Source: Selaginella moellendorffii (Eukaryota > Plantae > Lycopodiophyta). From it: DNA of 64,000 nucleotides. The number at the start of each line of letters is the position of its first letter. The first letter of the stretch is position 1. The position numbers were made by a program, and so were the translations under genes. The stretch is taken from positions 1,198,431 to 1,262,430 of the forward strand of contig NW_003314293.1 of the NCBI RefSeq assembly GCF_000143415.4, read 5' to 3'. Of the stretch, positions 49,093 to 61,947 are shown piece after piece. Under the pieces are notes generated by a model. It was not told the DNA's origin. It was given only the letters and a program-made list of their open reading frames with translations, and did no database searches.

Positions 49093-52000
49093 TGTTAGGG
49101 TAAGGGACTTAACCTACCCTAGGGCTCACAGTGGAGCGGCGGCACAGTGGAGCTTTTGAGGTAGCTCGGGGGTGGTTGGGTGGTGAGGAACCTCAAGAGG
49201 TGGCATAGCATAGTCTAGGGCGACTAGATCTTTGTCTTTTTGTGCCGGATCATAACATTGGTATCAGAGGAGTTGGTTGTGATGGCCGACCAAGCTGAAC
49301 GCTAGAATCCTAATGTCAATGGTGGTGCCGACGATGGTGCCGACGAAGCTGCGGAGATTTGGACCATTCAAGATGTGGTTCATGAGCTGCGAGCCCTTAA
49401 CCGAAATCAGCAAGAGATGCAAGACGAGATGCATCGCATGATGGATACCATGCGTGGGCGTGTTGAGGCACTCGAGGCTGGACGGGGTAGCGCTCCAAGT
49501 AAGCCTTCTTTGGTAGATCGACTCAAGATTCCAACTTTTTCCGATGATGGTGGTGTGGACGAGTGTCTCACTTGGCTAGCCAATGTGAAGAAGTTCTTGG
49601 CTGCTAGAGGAACTCCCGATGCAGAGGCTTTAGTGGCTATTCCGATGGTTTTGCGTGATGCAGGTCTTCGATGGTGGAATTGGCTTGAGGAGTCCCGTGT
49701 TGCGGATAAGAAACCACCAGTGTCTACCATGGATGAATTTGAGGCTGCTTTCCATTTACATTTTGCCCCTCATTACGATGTGGAGAATGCTCGTACGAAA
49801 CTTCGACATTTCCAGCAAGGGAAAATGACACTCGGGGACTATATTGAGAAGCTTACTCGCTTGATTAGTCGTGTTCCAATGAAGGATCCAGATCAGAACA
49901 AGTCCTACTTCATTGATGGCCTACATAGTGAGAGCATGCGGCAACACTTGCGTCATTCTCAGCCTACAAAGAGTTTGGAGGAGCTCTTTGATGCAGCTCG
50001 TCGACTTGACAATGATAAGCACAAGTCTCGCAAGCGTTCGCGGAGTCCTTCTGTCGAGAATCGTCGTGATGATCGCCGTGGACACAAGGATGGGAACAAG
50101 CATCACAAGTTGAAGTCGATGGTGACTACTTCAAATGCAAAGGGAAGAAGCAGAAGTTCTTTGTGAAGAATTATCGATAGGGTTGTCATAATTGCGGCGA
50201 ACTTGGACACTACAAGGCTGATTGTCCGTAGTTGAAGAACAAGCAGTAGGACAAGAAGAATGGCCAATCTTCTTCTCACGGTAAGTCAGATACTAAAAAG
50301 TTGCAAGCTTTGCAGTGTGAGGATGAGGAGAACGACCATTCTGATTGGAGGAAGCGACTTTCGATCGTTGCTCGTCAACTCAACTGTGTGTGGAACAAGA
50401 TGGAGCTCGAGGATACGCGTGAATCAGCTTTAATGCTGGAGGGCGTGTTCCGTGGCGATCCAGTGCGGATTTTACTGGATAGTGGGAGCAATGACAACTT
50501 TGTTTCGGCAAAGTTTGTTGCGGAGCATAGCCTGGTCACACGCAGCGTTCTTCCATACACAGTGGAAGGTGCAGCTACCTCTACTCAACATTTCGATGCT
50601 TGTGTCGAGGGGCTGGAAGTGTTGGTTGGCAAAACCACACTTGTAGAGACTTTTTATCTCGTGGATATCCATTATGTGGATCTTATTCTCGGGATGCCAT
50701 GGTTGGTGAAGGTGGATCCAGAGATAAAGTGGAGTATTAAGCATATCTCGCTAGAGTATGGTGGCGTTAAAGATGTGTGGTTTAGCGAGGGCGTTCAACC
50801 ACCAATTGTTATGCTCTCTGCTACATCTTTGAAGCAGGCTTGTCGTAATGGAAAAGCACTTTCGAGTTACTTGCTGTTTGTTTGTGACTTGGGGGACCAA
50901 GGCACGTGTGGGGGAGAAGCAGCAGTACGGGATGTACTGGACGAGTTTTCTGATGTTTTTCCATCTGAACTTCCTCATGGATTGCCTCCGTTACGAGGTG
51001 TGGAGCATGGGATTACATTGGAGCCGGGGACGCGACCAATTTACCGGCGTCCATTTTGGTTAAGTTATGCGGAGGAGCAAGAAGTTCAACGACAAGTCAA
51101 GGAGTTACTTGAGTTTGGATTCATTCAGCCAAGTAAGTCTCCATTTGGTGCTCCGGTCTTGCTTGTGAAGAAGAAGGATGGTTCAATGCGGATGTGTATT
51201 GACTACCGCGCTTTGAACAAGAAGACAGTAAAGGATAAGATGCCGATGCCACGTGTGGATGATATCTTGGACAAGCTTGGTGAAGCACAAGTGTTTACCA
51301 AGATTCGGACATTTTGAGTTTATAGTTATGCCGTTTGGTTTGACGAATGCACCGGCCACATTTATTCGGTTGATGACGGAGGTATTTGGGAGTTATCTTC
51401 ACGAGTTTGTGGAGATTTTCTTGGACGATATTCTTGTTTTTAGCAAGAATATGGAGGAGCATAGGGTGCATTTGCGCAAAGTTCTTTTGTTACTCCGAGA
51501 CAGCAAACTTTATGCGAAGAAGAGCAAATGTGAATTTGCAAAGTCGGAGGTGGAATATCTAGGCCATATTGTGACATCTAAGGGTGTCAAGACAGATCCA
51601 AGGAAGGTGGCTATGGTGGAAAACTGGCCTACACCGACTACGGTGGCCGAGTTGCGTAGTTTTCTTGGTATGGCTAGTTACTACCGACGTTTCCAGCATA
51701 AGTTTGCAGAGGTGGCTATTCTTTTGACGCAATTGTTACGCAAGAATGTGCCATTCGAGTGGAAGAAGCCACAAGAGGAGAGTTTTGTGGCCCTGAAGCG
51801 ATTGTTGAGTGAGACTCTAGTGCTTCACATTGCTGATCCATCAAAACCTTACGAGGTGACATGCGATGCAAGTGGTTATGCACTGGGAGGAGTTCTCATG
51901 CAAGAGGGACAACCTATTGCATATGAGAGTCGAATTTTGAATTCTGCGGAGCAACGCTATTCCACATATGAGCAAGAGTTACTCTCTATTGTTCATGCTT

Positions 52001-53003
52001 TGCGGACATGGCGGCACTATCTTTATGGTGCAGTGTTCGTGGTATTGACAGATCACAAACCACTTGTGTATCTTTTCACATAGAAGGAGTTGAACACTAG
52101 GCAAGCTCGTTGGATGGTCAAACTCATGGAGTTTGGGGAGTTTCCTATTGAGCATTGTCCGGGAAAATCAAATATGGTGGCAGATGCGTTATCTCGTGTT
52201 CGTCATGTGACGACGTTACAAACACGATTTTGTCATCATTTGAGTAAGGTGGTCAGCGAGTTTGGGCAGTTGGTTGAGCATGCTCAGGCTCAGGATGCTG
52301 AGGTGGCCTCTTTGCGAGACCAAATGGAAGCTCCTTTCTCATTGGTGGATGGGATTCTCTACTACAATGGCCGTGTATATTTGCCACGGGTGGATGCATT
52401 AATTACTCAAGTTTTATTCCACTATCATGATCGTCCAGAGGCCGGTCATTTTGGGGGGAAGAAGACGTATGAGTTGATTAAGCGCAACTTTTATTGGAGG
52501 AATATGAAGGCTGATATCCTCAAGTATTGTAAATCATGTGAGCTTTGTCAGCGGGTTAAGGTGCCACGGGAGAAGCTGGGGGGACTTTTGCAACCTTTAC
52601 CTATTCCTCAAAGCCGTTGGTGTAGTATCTCTATGGACTTCATCACTTGTTTGCCACGAACACAGAGGCAAAAGGAGCAAGTATGGGTCATAGTGGATTG
52701 GTTGACGAAGTATGTATGGTTGTTGGCTCTTCGGAAGACTGTCATTGCCTCAGACTTGGCTGCGGTTTACTTGGAGAAGGTTTTTCCTGATTTTGGTTTG
52801 CCGGAGGATATCATTAGTGATCGAGATTCAAAGTTCACTAATGGATTTTGGAAAAGCTTTGCAAAGGCTATGCAAGTGACTTTGAAACTCTCGAGTGGAG
52901 ATCATCCTCAGATGGATGGGCAAACCAAGCGTGTGAATCAGGTGGTGGAGGATATGCTACGTTGTAGCATTGGTCAAAGGCAAGGACAATGGGATCTATA
53001 TCT
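49093..53003 (+). mobile_element. Ty3/gypsy family B, 5' part (LTR 49093-49257, PBS 49259-49269), interrupted by DNA transposon copy 2
   Basis: TGTTAGG..CATAACA followed by TGGTATCAGAG, then gag, protease, RT, RH and INT. Confidence 0.88.
49282..53003 (+). pseudogene. gag-pol pseudogene of family B
   Basis: gag 49282-50230 with CHNCGELGHYKADC; ILLDSGS; [11 protein letters not shown]; FLDDIL; integrase core. Has stops, frameshifts and a deletion in RT near 51303. Confidence 0.9.
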
Positions 53004-53421
53004 AAGCTCTATTTCGTTAAAGTGGGAATTGTCATTATCCCACTTGTAAAATAAGGTTTCCAAACCTTTATATAGTATATAAATATAACAAAATTCAACT
53101 GCATTGAGGCACATGCCATTTTATTTTAAACAAGGAAATGTCTACTCAATCACTTCTCACTGCTTCACCTCTCTCTTCTCCTTGTCATCGTCGTCCAATT
53201 TCTTTCCATCCTTTTAATATTGGCTCAGTTGCTCCGAGTCTAGGTGGAGCCCAAGTCCCCATTCAATCTTTACTTTCCCCTTATTAATAAAACAACTTCG
53301 TAGACTTCCAATAACATGCTGTAAATGCAAATCCTCTCAAAGAATTGTCTTTTAATATTAATACAATGGCATGGAACCCCATGCCATAATAAGTTACATT
53401 TTTAAATAAATACATGCCATC

Positions 53422-56400
53422 TCAGACTGTTATTTTTTGCCTCCAACGCCTATACAATAATCTTGGAATTTCATCACTCTCCACACTATCAGGATTTAAA
53501 CCCAATAGTAATGCCATCTCTTCTCTAATACGTCCACGCTCATGTTCAGTGGTCGAAGAACCCATCCGGTTGAGCAGATTATGGAGATGCGGATAGTGCT
53601 TGGCTAGACAATATACATGCCATAAATGATGATTGGTGTCTGTCCGATCAAATGGCTTCTGATATACCGTTCCATCTGCCATTTGGTTGATTTCTGCAGC
53701 CACCTCCTGGACTGGCCGGTTCTCTATCACCATCGCTTCAAGCCGTTTTGCAAGGTCCCCCAGAACATACGGTTTCTTCTCCCTAGTTTCCATACTGCAA
53801 GAGATGGGGTGCACTGCATATGTGTGCGTGTTCGCTGCAATTTTAATCGGCGAGTCATCGATGATGAGGATTTCACTTGACCTAGCAGTCCGGTTCATCA
53901 CTACAGCCTCTGCCTTGACGAAGATGGGCTTGCTACCCCTCACATGGACCATAGTCAAGCAATCCTCCTGCGTTAGGAGAAAGTCAAATGGTAATATTAC
54001 TCGCGTCTGATCGTGCATCATCTGTAGCAACGTTAATGCATTGTGGCGCATCATGGATGTCCAAACTTTCAATTGCAAATTGAACCCGGCCCTCTGTTTT
54101 AAGTGTCGCATGGTCATTATTAGATCCCGCAGTTTCTCCCGTGTGATTAATGTGAATCTGTCTCTTTTGACCAACTTGCGACCGCAGGCTTTGGAGGGTG
54201 CAGTGACATTCGAGGACGAGCCACGCTCATGGGAGAAAAGGACACCGTTCAGATCAAAAACGATACAGTACTTTCGCCATGACTCTGAAATGAAATGCGT
54301 CAGCATAAAAAATGGTACAAGTCAATTTTACCATCTACAATATTAGCGAATGGTGCTCCCGATGGTCGTTCAGAGGGTTTTGGTCGAGGAAACGTGAAGG
54401 GCGGAAATACTCTCCTCTGCAATGTGGGGTCAATCGCATCCGATGGCGTGTGGGCACATGCCATTTCAGCTGTAGACTCTGGTACAACTGGCTCAACAGT
54501 GGCATGGGGTGGTTCCGATGGCGTGTGATCACACGCCATTTCAGCTGGTGCCTCCGTTGGCAAAGTGGACATGACCGAACAAGCAGCAGGGGCGGTGTAG
54601 GGAGGTTCCAACGGCGCGTAGTCAGACGATTGGGCACACGTTGGAAATGAGGATACGACTGGCTCGGCGGCTGGGGCGGCCTCATGCGGGTCCAATGGCG
54701 CCTGGTCACCGTCAGTTGGATACGTGGACAAGATTGACTCAGTGGTATGGGCAGCATCAAGTGGAGCGTGGTCAGCTTGCTTGGCGTTGATATGGATAGT
54801 AGCCTCCACCAGCTCTGATGACTCTTGCAGGCAAGTAGAGTCCACTGGCGGATCCATATGCATGTCCAAATATCTCTCTTCGATTGAGATGGTATCCTCC
54901 CTACTGGCTACTAAAAACAAACTCATTAGCACATTGAATCGACTATACTGTATTTACCATCAACTGCTATTGAGGAACTAGGACCGATATCACTTGGGCG
55001 CACTGCTGATTCTGAAGGATTGGACATACGTTTCGACCCTTGCTTGGCACTATCCTTCCTCGACACTAAAGGCTAGAGTTTGTATCTTAATTCAACTGAA
55101 TAATCTCTACTTACCATTTCTTCTGCGTCCTACATGGACAATGTTAGAAATGGTAAAAGGTTAGGAATGGATGTACTATTATTTACCTGATGGTTTGTCT
55201 TGTATAACCTTCCTCCGCTGCTCTTTGGCCACCTCAGGCTGGCCATCGTCGTCATCATCGTCATCGTTGTTATTGTGATCGTCACCATTGTGAGGACCAT
55301 CCAAGTCCTCTTCGTCCTCCTCTTCTTCGTCCTCCTCTTCTTCGTCCTCCTCTTCTTTGTCCTCCTCTTCGTCCTTCTGCTCTTCCTGCTCATTATCTTT
55401 CTCTGGCTCCTCATCCCCCTCTTGCATTTCTTCCATAGGCTGCTCAGGCTGGATTGCTTGTTTTTCCAAGACCATCTTGGAAAAATCATCTGGCCGAGTC
55501 TCCATCTCAAAATACAAGACATCCATAGCCTGTTTTAGTGCGTGACCTAGGACCGTATCCTCACCCGACTGTCTTAACATGGTTTCTGCACGTTCTTGCA
55601 CCCTTCGAAGACGACGAGATGAGAAAAACGTGGCCCTGACTTGAAAAACATCCCTCATCCATTGTACCTCTCCATTGAGATTGGGGAAGGGGAGTCCGCC
55701 ATAGGAATCTGAGTCAGAAGGTGGTGACTGGCTCCTTTCACTCAGCCCTTGATCTGCAATGAATGGCATGAGCACACACGCCATAATCGCGAGGCATTAC
55801 CTATCATCTTTTCGTTGCCCTTCTTCCTTTTCGAATCAAACGCCTCTGATCCCGACGACTGTCCAACGTGCTTTCGCTTTTTATGACCACTGTCAGTTTG
55901 AGCTTGGCTGGTGCTTGCCTGTTTTGCCTTTGAAGAAGTGTCTCCTGCAAGGAATGGCATGAGACCACACGCCATTGCAAATATAATTTGTACCTCCTTT
56001 TTTCCTATTGCTTGTCTGTTTGTCCTTCTTCGACGCGCCACCAGTGCGCTTTTCAGTCCTCGTGTCTGAATATTCACAACGATCTATAATCAAAATGGCG
56101 TGAGGCCTCACGTGACCTTACCTTGTGCAGGTTGTGACCTCGGCCTAACATCAGTAGCTGTTAACGCCGTTTCAGCATCTGGGGGTGGCCACACTCCTGC
56201 ATACAGAGCTTGTGAGATAACATTTAAACTTAAAGTGCGTACTCACCAGCTTCGTAGAGAAGATACTGTTTTTCTTTGGCAACTGTAATTATATGCTCCA
56301 TTGAAGTCACCTCTTCAATGGAGTTTGTCACCGCAACACACGGGACACCCTTGAGTAGTGCGGCTCGAAAGAATAGTCCGCTGCAGTTGTACTCGACAAC

Positions 56401-59030
56401 GCATTTGCCCTTGGAGTCACCCGCTATTGCGTTGAAGATCCAGCTGAGCATTTCCCATGCTGCACCTGGAGCTTTCTTTGGATTCGAAAGCTCAATAGCC
56501 GTCTTCAGTTCCTCAGGCACGGGTAAATTGACCTCCCTCAGATCAATTCAATCGGCTTTGTTGAACGAAGCTGGGAAGTCACTCCAGTCCCACTCTGCTG
56601 CAGGACCAATAACAAGGGCGACTGTGAAGATGCGGACATTCGTCGGTATCTTCTTCTTAGCCATTATCCCATGGATCTCCCGCATCTCCTTGCCTTTCAA
56701 CCGAGCCTTCACCTCGTTCAAGGCCTTCCAGAACTTGTGATAGGATTCGGAGTCGTAGATCATATAGTGGACTGAAGATTCCACCTCCGCAAGTCCCACC
56801 ATTAAGTCAATGATGGAGCTGACTTCATCTGCATGAGTGATCTCCTCGTTTGTGAAGTCCATCACACAAAAGATGTTCTTGACCTGCTCATCTCCGCGGG
56901 AAACGATGCTCCTCCACCTTTGATCCTCATCCGAATTCACATATAGCCGGTAAGGTTCTCGATAGGCCTCTGCTGCGGGGTTGAGCTGTTTCTGAAGCCG
57001 GCGGTCGACATCCCTCTTAATGAAATTTGGATACTGATCCAACTTCTCAGCTTTACTTTTCGTGGCATCCCGCAGCAGATCGATGAACTTGGGGGCCCCC
57101 TTCACGTACTCGTCGATGTCTTCATTTGACAAGTCCAGCTCTTCCATCATCTCTTGCGTGGTGTCGATGCTCACCCTCGCCACGGCCACTTGCTCGAAGA
57201 TCCAATCCTTCAATAGCGCACGAGCTCTCAGAGTCGTGCACAAGTCCTCGTATGTCACAATATGGCCGGGAGTCATTTTGGTCTTGTCGAAGACTACCTC
57301 ACCACGTAGAAGAGCATTAGCCACTGTCAGAAGGTCGTCGTCGTCTAGAGACCACGAGAAACGCAAGGCGTTGAGCTTCAAATCATTGGGCTTCCGGCCG
57401 TCCTCCACACCCATTGAGTTTAGCAACTCCCCGTCATTGTACCTCCTTACCACATCTACCCATTTGTCAAAAACAACTTTTGTCGCGAGTAGAATGTTAT
57501 GGATGCTGAGTGTGTCATTGACCCCCAGTGTTTTCGAGAGAAGACTCGAGAATTCCTGCAATGGAAATGGCGTGAGGCCACATGCTATGCCACATGCAAC
57601 GAGGCTTACCTGCCAGGCACTAGTTGCTAGTGCACGTCCTTGTCCTGGTTTTTGTGGCTTCTTCAGTTGAACCCAGAGCTTCCGTGTTCGTGCCAATGTC
57701 TCGTACAGACCCGATTTGTAGCACGTTTCTTGCTTGACATTCTGCGCGTGGGAGATGTATATGATAGATCGGAGGGGCGAGTTGCCTTTTATCAGGCGGA
57801 CAACTCTTGTCTTGAAGACTTTCTTCACCTCCTCGCCCACCATAATATCCACAACTATCTGTTGCATCGCCAAGCTAGAATGCTGCCCGGAGACGGCATA
57901 GAACCGGATGTTCTGATCGTCCAACACCTTCCTATTGATCAAGTCTGGAAACCTCGTGTCGCCCTTCATTGTTCGGTAGTAGGGGATCACGTCTGCGATG
58001 TCGGGTGTTACTGGACTTGCCAGCATCTTCTGCTTCAGTTTCTCCACCCACTCATCAGATACTAGCCTGTGGTTGTATTTGCTTTGGATCTCGATACGGC
58101 TCACGTTGATTGTATATACTTTGTTGGAATAGTAACAAGTACTATTATCTGCGACGATTTTTGCTGCCTCTTCTTGCTCTTTCTGCTCTTTGCGGCTCTT
58201 CTTTTTGGTGGGTGTAGTGTTCGAACCCGAGGCAATGGCATCACCGAGTAGCTTCTTTTTTGGAGCAGCAGAGTCGGACGTCGGCTTGAGCTTGACCACC
58301 CTTTTCTGCTTCGGGGTAGTTTCCAGATCGACCCCCTTCCCCTTCGCTTCGCAAACTGGAGGCACTCTCAACGGCTCAATGTTGGAATATAGTTTTTGAA
58401 CATCGCCGTATGTGAGGTCCGTGGATTCCATGTGATCTTCATAGACCCGCAGCGTCTTTGAAATTGTGGGCCTCCTGGACAACCTCTCCCTAGCTCCCTC
58501 TAGGAATTCCTCATAGCCGCTGCCCCCCTCCGGGAAGCCGCTAGAATGTGCAAGGTGGATCTTGAAGGCGGACGCTGTCTCTACCACAAATGCCAGTCCA
58601 TATTCTTGCATGGAACTGCATGGAGTGTCTGTCACTTGGATGAGGATCCCCATGCATTCTTTTCTCCCACCATCTGTGTTGTACAGCATCAGATCCTCGC
58701 CTTCCATCCCGAAAGTCCAACTGGTGAGCTCCTCCCCCTTCTCTGCATCCACATTGACAGTGGCTGGAAGTAGAACGCAATTCCTCGCCTGTTCAGAAAT
58801 GCACAACAATTAGAGCTGACAGATGAAAAGCTAGCAGCTGGAAATAACATGAGGCCACACGCCATTCACCACTGCATCAGATGTCTTGAGGCTGCATCCT
58901 AAGATGGCGTGAGGCTACACGCCATCTGTAACCGGACTGCACTCGAGAGCCCAATCGGTGCATGCCAATGTTGCTACTGAATGGCATGTGGCCTCATGCC
59001 ATTTTCTACTTGGTCTAAAAGACTTACCAT
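53422..59030 (-). CDS. Cargo gene copy 2 (ParB-like / MTase-like / FCP1-NIF phosphatase), nearly intact
   Basis: Same exon structure as copy 1, with all six copy-1 stops as sense codons. One CGA>TGA stop at 56548. Phosphatase exon is open (294-aa ORF with FDLNGVL and IIDDSPIK). Confidence 0.82.
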
Positions 59031-61947
59031 TTGAAGCCGAATGGAGGCCGTGACAATCGAGGCCGGACTCGCTGGCGAATGTGCACTGTGTGTGCAGCGG
59101 ATCGTAGCAGCAAGGCTACTCTGCCACTTACAGTTGGAGAGTGGTGCTGAAATCTCCCGGGACGCCAAGTGGGTTGCGTGTGGGTGGTGGAGTGGGCGGC
59201 GGAGTTGGCGGTGAAGTTACAAACTGGGTGTGTCTTGAAGTGGATGCCGATGCACACGAGCGCGATGCGAGCGCGAGTGTGATGCAAGCGCGAGTGGACG
59301 CCGATGCACACGAGAAACCTGTAGAGAAGTGAGCGTGATCGCGAGTGGGAGCGCGATGCGAGCGGGAGCGCGAGTGTGATGCGAGCGCGAGCGCGAGTGT
59401 GCGAGCGTGAGTACAAAGCAAAATGCAAAACCTAACCTCACACGCGCGAAATGTCACAACGGTTGGTAATCCCGCCACGTCATCATTCCTCGGACTTGGG
59501 CGCCACCATTAATTTCTGGATTGCCGCGCGCATGCAAGCACGCAAAATCCAAAAGAAATCCGCAACGTCATCATTCCTCGGACTGCATGCACGCAAAATC
59601 CAAAAGAAAGATCATGATTGGGATATCATTTAATACCCTCGCTATATTTATACCATGCATGATTGGATATTCCAAAGCATCTTGTATTTCCAAAAATGGC
59701 AGATGTTCAGCTAAATAAAGAAATTCTATCTGTTTCTATTTTTCTTTCAAATCAATATTATAGCGTGTGGGCTCATGCAATTTTGAACCAAAGAAACCCA
59801 AAAAACGTTGGACCCAAAATATTTTGAAAAAACCCAAAAACCCTAAACATTTTAAACCCAAAAATCCAGGAGTCCTGTGACATTATTCCTTGAATGGCGT
59901 GTGGGCGCATGCCATTTTCAGGGCCAAATGCTGAATGGAGAAAAATTCCCTTTCAGTGCAAATGCTGCAAGAGGCAGATGCCGAGCACAAAGGACTGTAA
60001 CTACCTCACATGACACAGATAAACTTTTCTCTATTTGGCAAAGATAAACTTTATAGGGTGTGGGCTCATGCAATTTTGAACCCAAAAAATGCACCAAAAA
60101 ATTCTCGGCGTCATCTGGCATTATCTCTTGAATAGCGTGGGGCTGCATGCCATTTTCAGGGGCACATAGGAGTATATTCCTAGGATATTCTGACACGCGC
60201 GAGATTTTTTTGAGTTTTCTGAAGATCCAACCGTTAGATCGCAACTAGATTTTACAGAATGGTATACAATGTCTTTCTTGATGACCCTGCAAAGAAGCAT
60301 CTCGATCGGACACCACATGAGACCACACGAGCCTTACAATGTTTCAGGGGCATTTGCCATAGATCCGACCGTTATTTTGCTCCAAGATTTTACAGTTTGG
60401 TGTGCATTGACCTTTCCATCGAAACTGCAAAGGGACATCACAATCAGATGCGGGATCACAAGAAACTAACTTCACTAACTCTGGTTTCACCAAGATCTAC
60501 GTAAGGAGTTATGAAATGAAAGGACCCTCTCTATTGAAATGTGTTTATGGTCCTAGGGGCATTGTGACATATCAAAGGATTTTGCATCAAGTTCTGTATT
60601 TGCATGTTTATCAAGCTACTGAATTGCTAAACCCTAAACCCTAAACCCTAAACATGTGGCAAATGCTGCGTGAAGAAAGATGCCCTTTCTGGGCAAATGC
60701 TGTAAGAGGCAGATGCCGAGCAGATGTATCTCAGGCTAGCGAAGGGGACAAACGAAAGCTAGCTATAAACATGACGGGATGCAAATAGATTACTAGGCTG
60801 GTCCTGCGAAAATCAAAAACCATAATTGAAAACATTGAAAATGCAAAAAGAAAGGTTTATAATATTTTTGAATTTTAGGCAACCAAAGGAATGTAAGTAG
60901 GGCATGTGTTTGGAAATTTAAAAATGCCTCAACCACTTAAATTCCCAAGTAAATAAAGCTGTTTCTATTTTTGGTACAGGTAAACTTTATAGCGTGTGGG
61001 CTCATGCAATTTTGAACCCAAAAATGCACCAAAAAATGCTCGACTAGCATTATTCTTTGAATGGCGTGTGGCCTTATATTGCCATAAATGGACGTACACA
61101 CACAGCATAATTATTCCTTTACACAGCGAATAATCTTGGCGCGGATCGCTGACATGGTATGGCAAAGTTCAAATCACTGACATGGCACAGCTAGATCGAG
61201 GCAAGGACATGATGTGACAAAGTTCAACCTCCGACAGCAAAGTCTAGAAGCTACTCAGTTTAAAATTTGTCAGAGGAATCATAAGATCTGGTTTGTCAGA
61301 GGATTTGACGTGACGTTCAAGCGTGTGTTATTTTTGAATTCTCGAACTCATTCCTAGGTCTATCATTTTTGTGCGCCGTGTTCTTGGTTCCGCTGAGCGC
61401 AGTGAGCGCTGCTTGTGTAAGCGGCGTTGTGGGCTGTGGTTTATGCGTCTACGAGCGGTTGCGGCATTGCGAGCGCCATTGCGAGCGGCAGTTTATGCGA
61501 GTGGCAGTTTGTGCGAGCGGCGCTACGAGCAGTTGCGGTGTTGCGAGCGGCACTACGAGTAGTTGCGGTGTTGCGAGCGGCACTGTCTTTGGTGTGGCTA
61601 CCGCTTCTTCTTGATATTCGGCACTTGTGCTTCCTAGTATATTCACCATGGAATGGCTTAGGACCACATTTAGAAATGGCATGAGGCCACATGCCATCTT
61701 GGGCCCTTGCAATTTCATGGCTAGCGTATTGTCATGTATGTTTTTACTTGCCTGCAGCTGTGTGTATATCAAGATGGCATGAGGCCTCATGCCAATTTTG
61801 TGACTGCGAAATTTCACGTGGGTGTCAATAGCATGTTTGAATAATGGCATGTGGCCTCATGCTATTGAGGTTGTTTGGTATGTTATGATTTAGGCCATTC
61901 TCCAATCATTTTTTGTATGGTCTTAACTTCTTTTCTGCACTTTCAGA

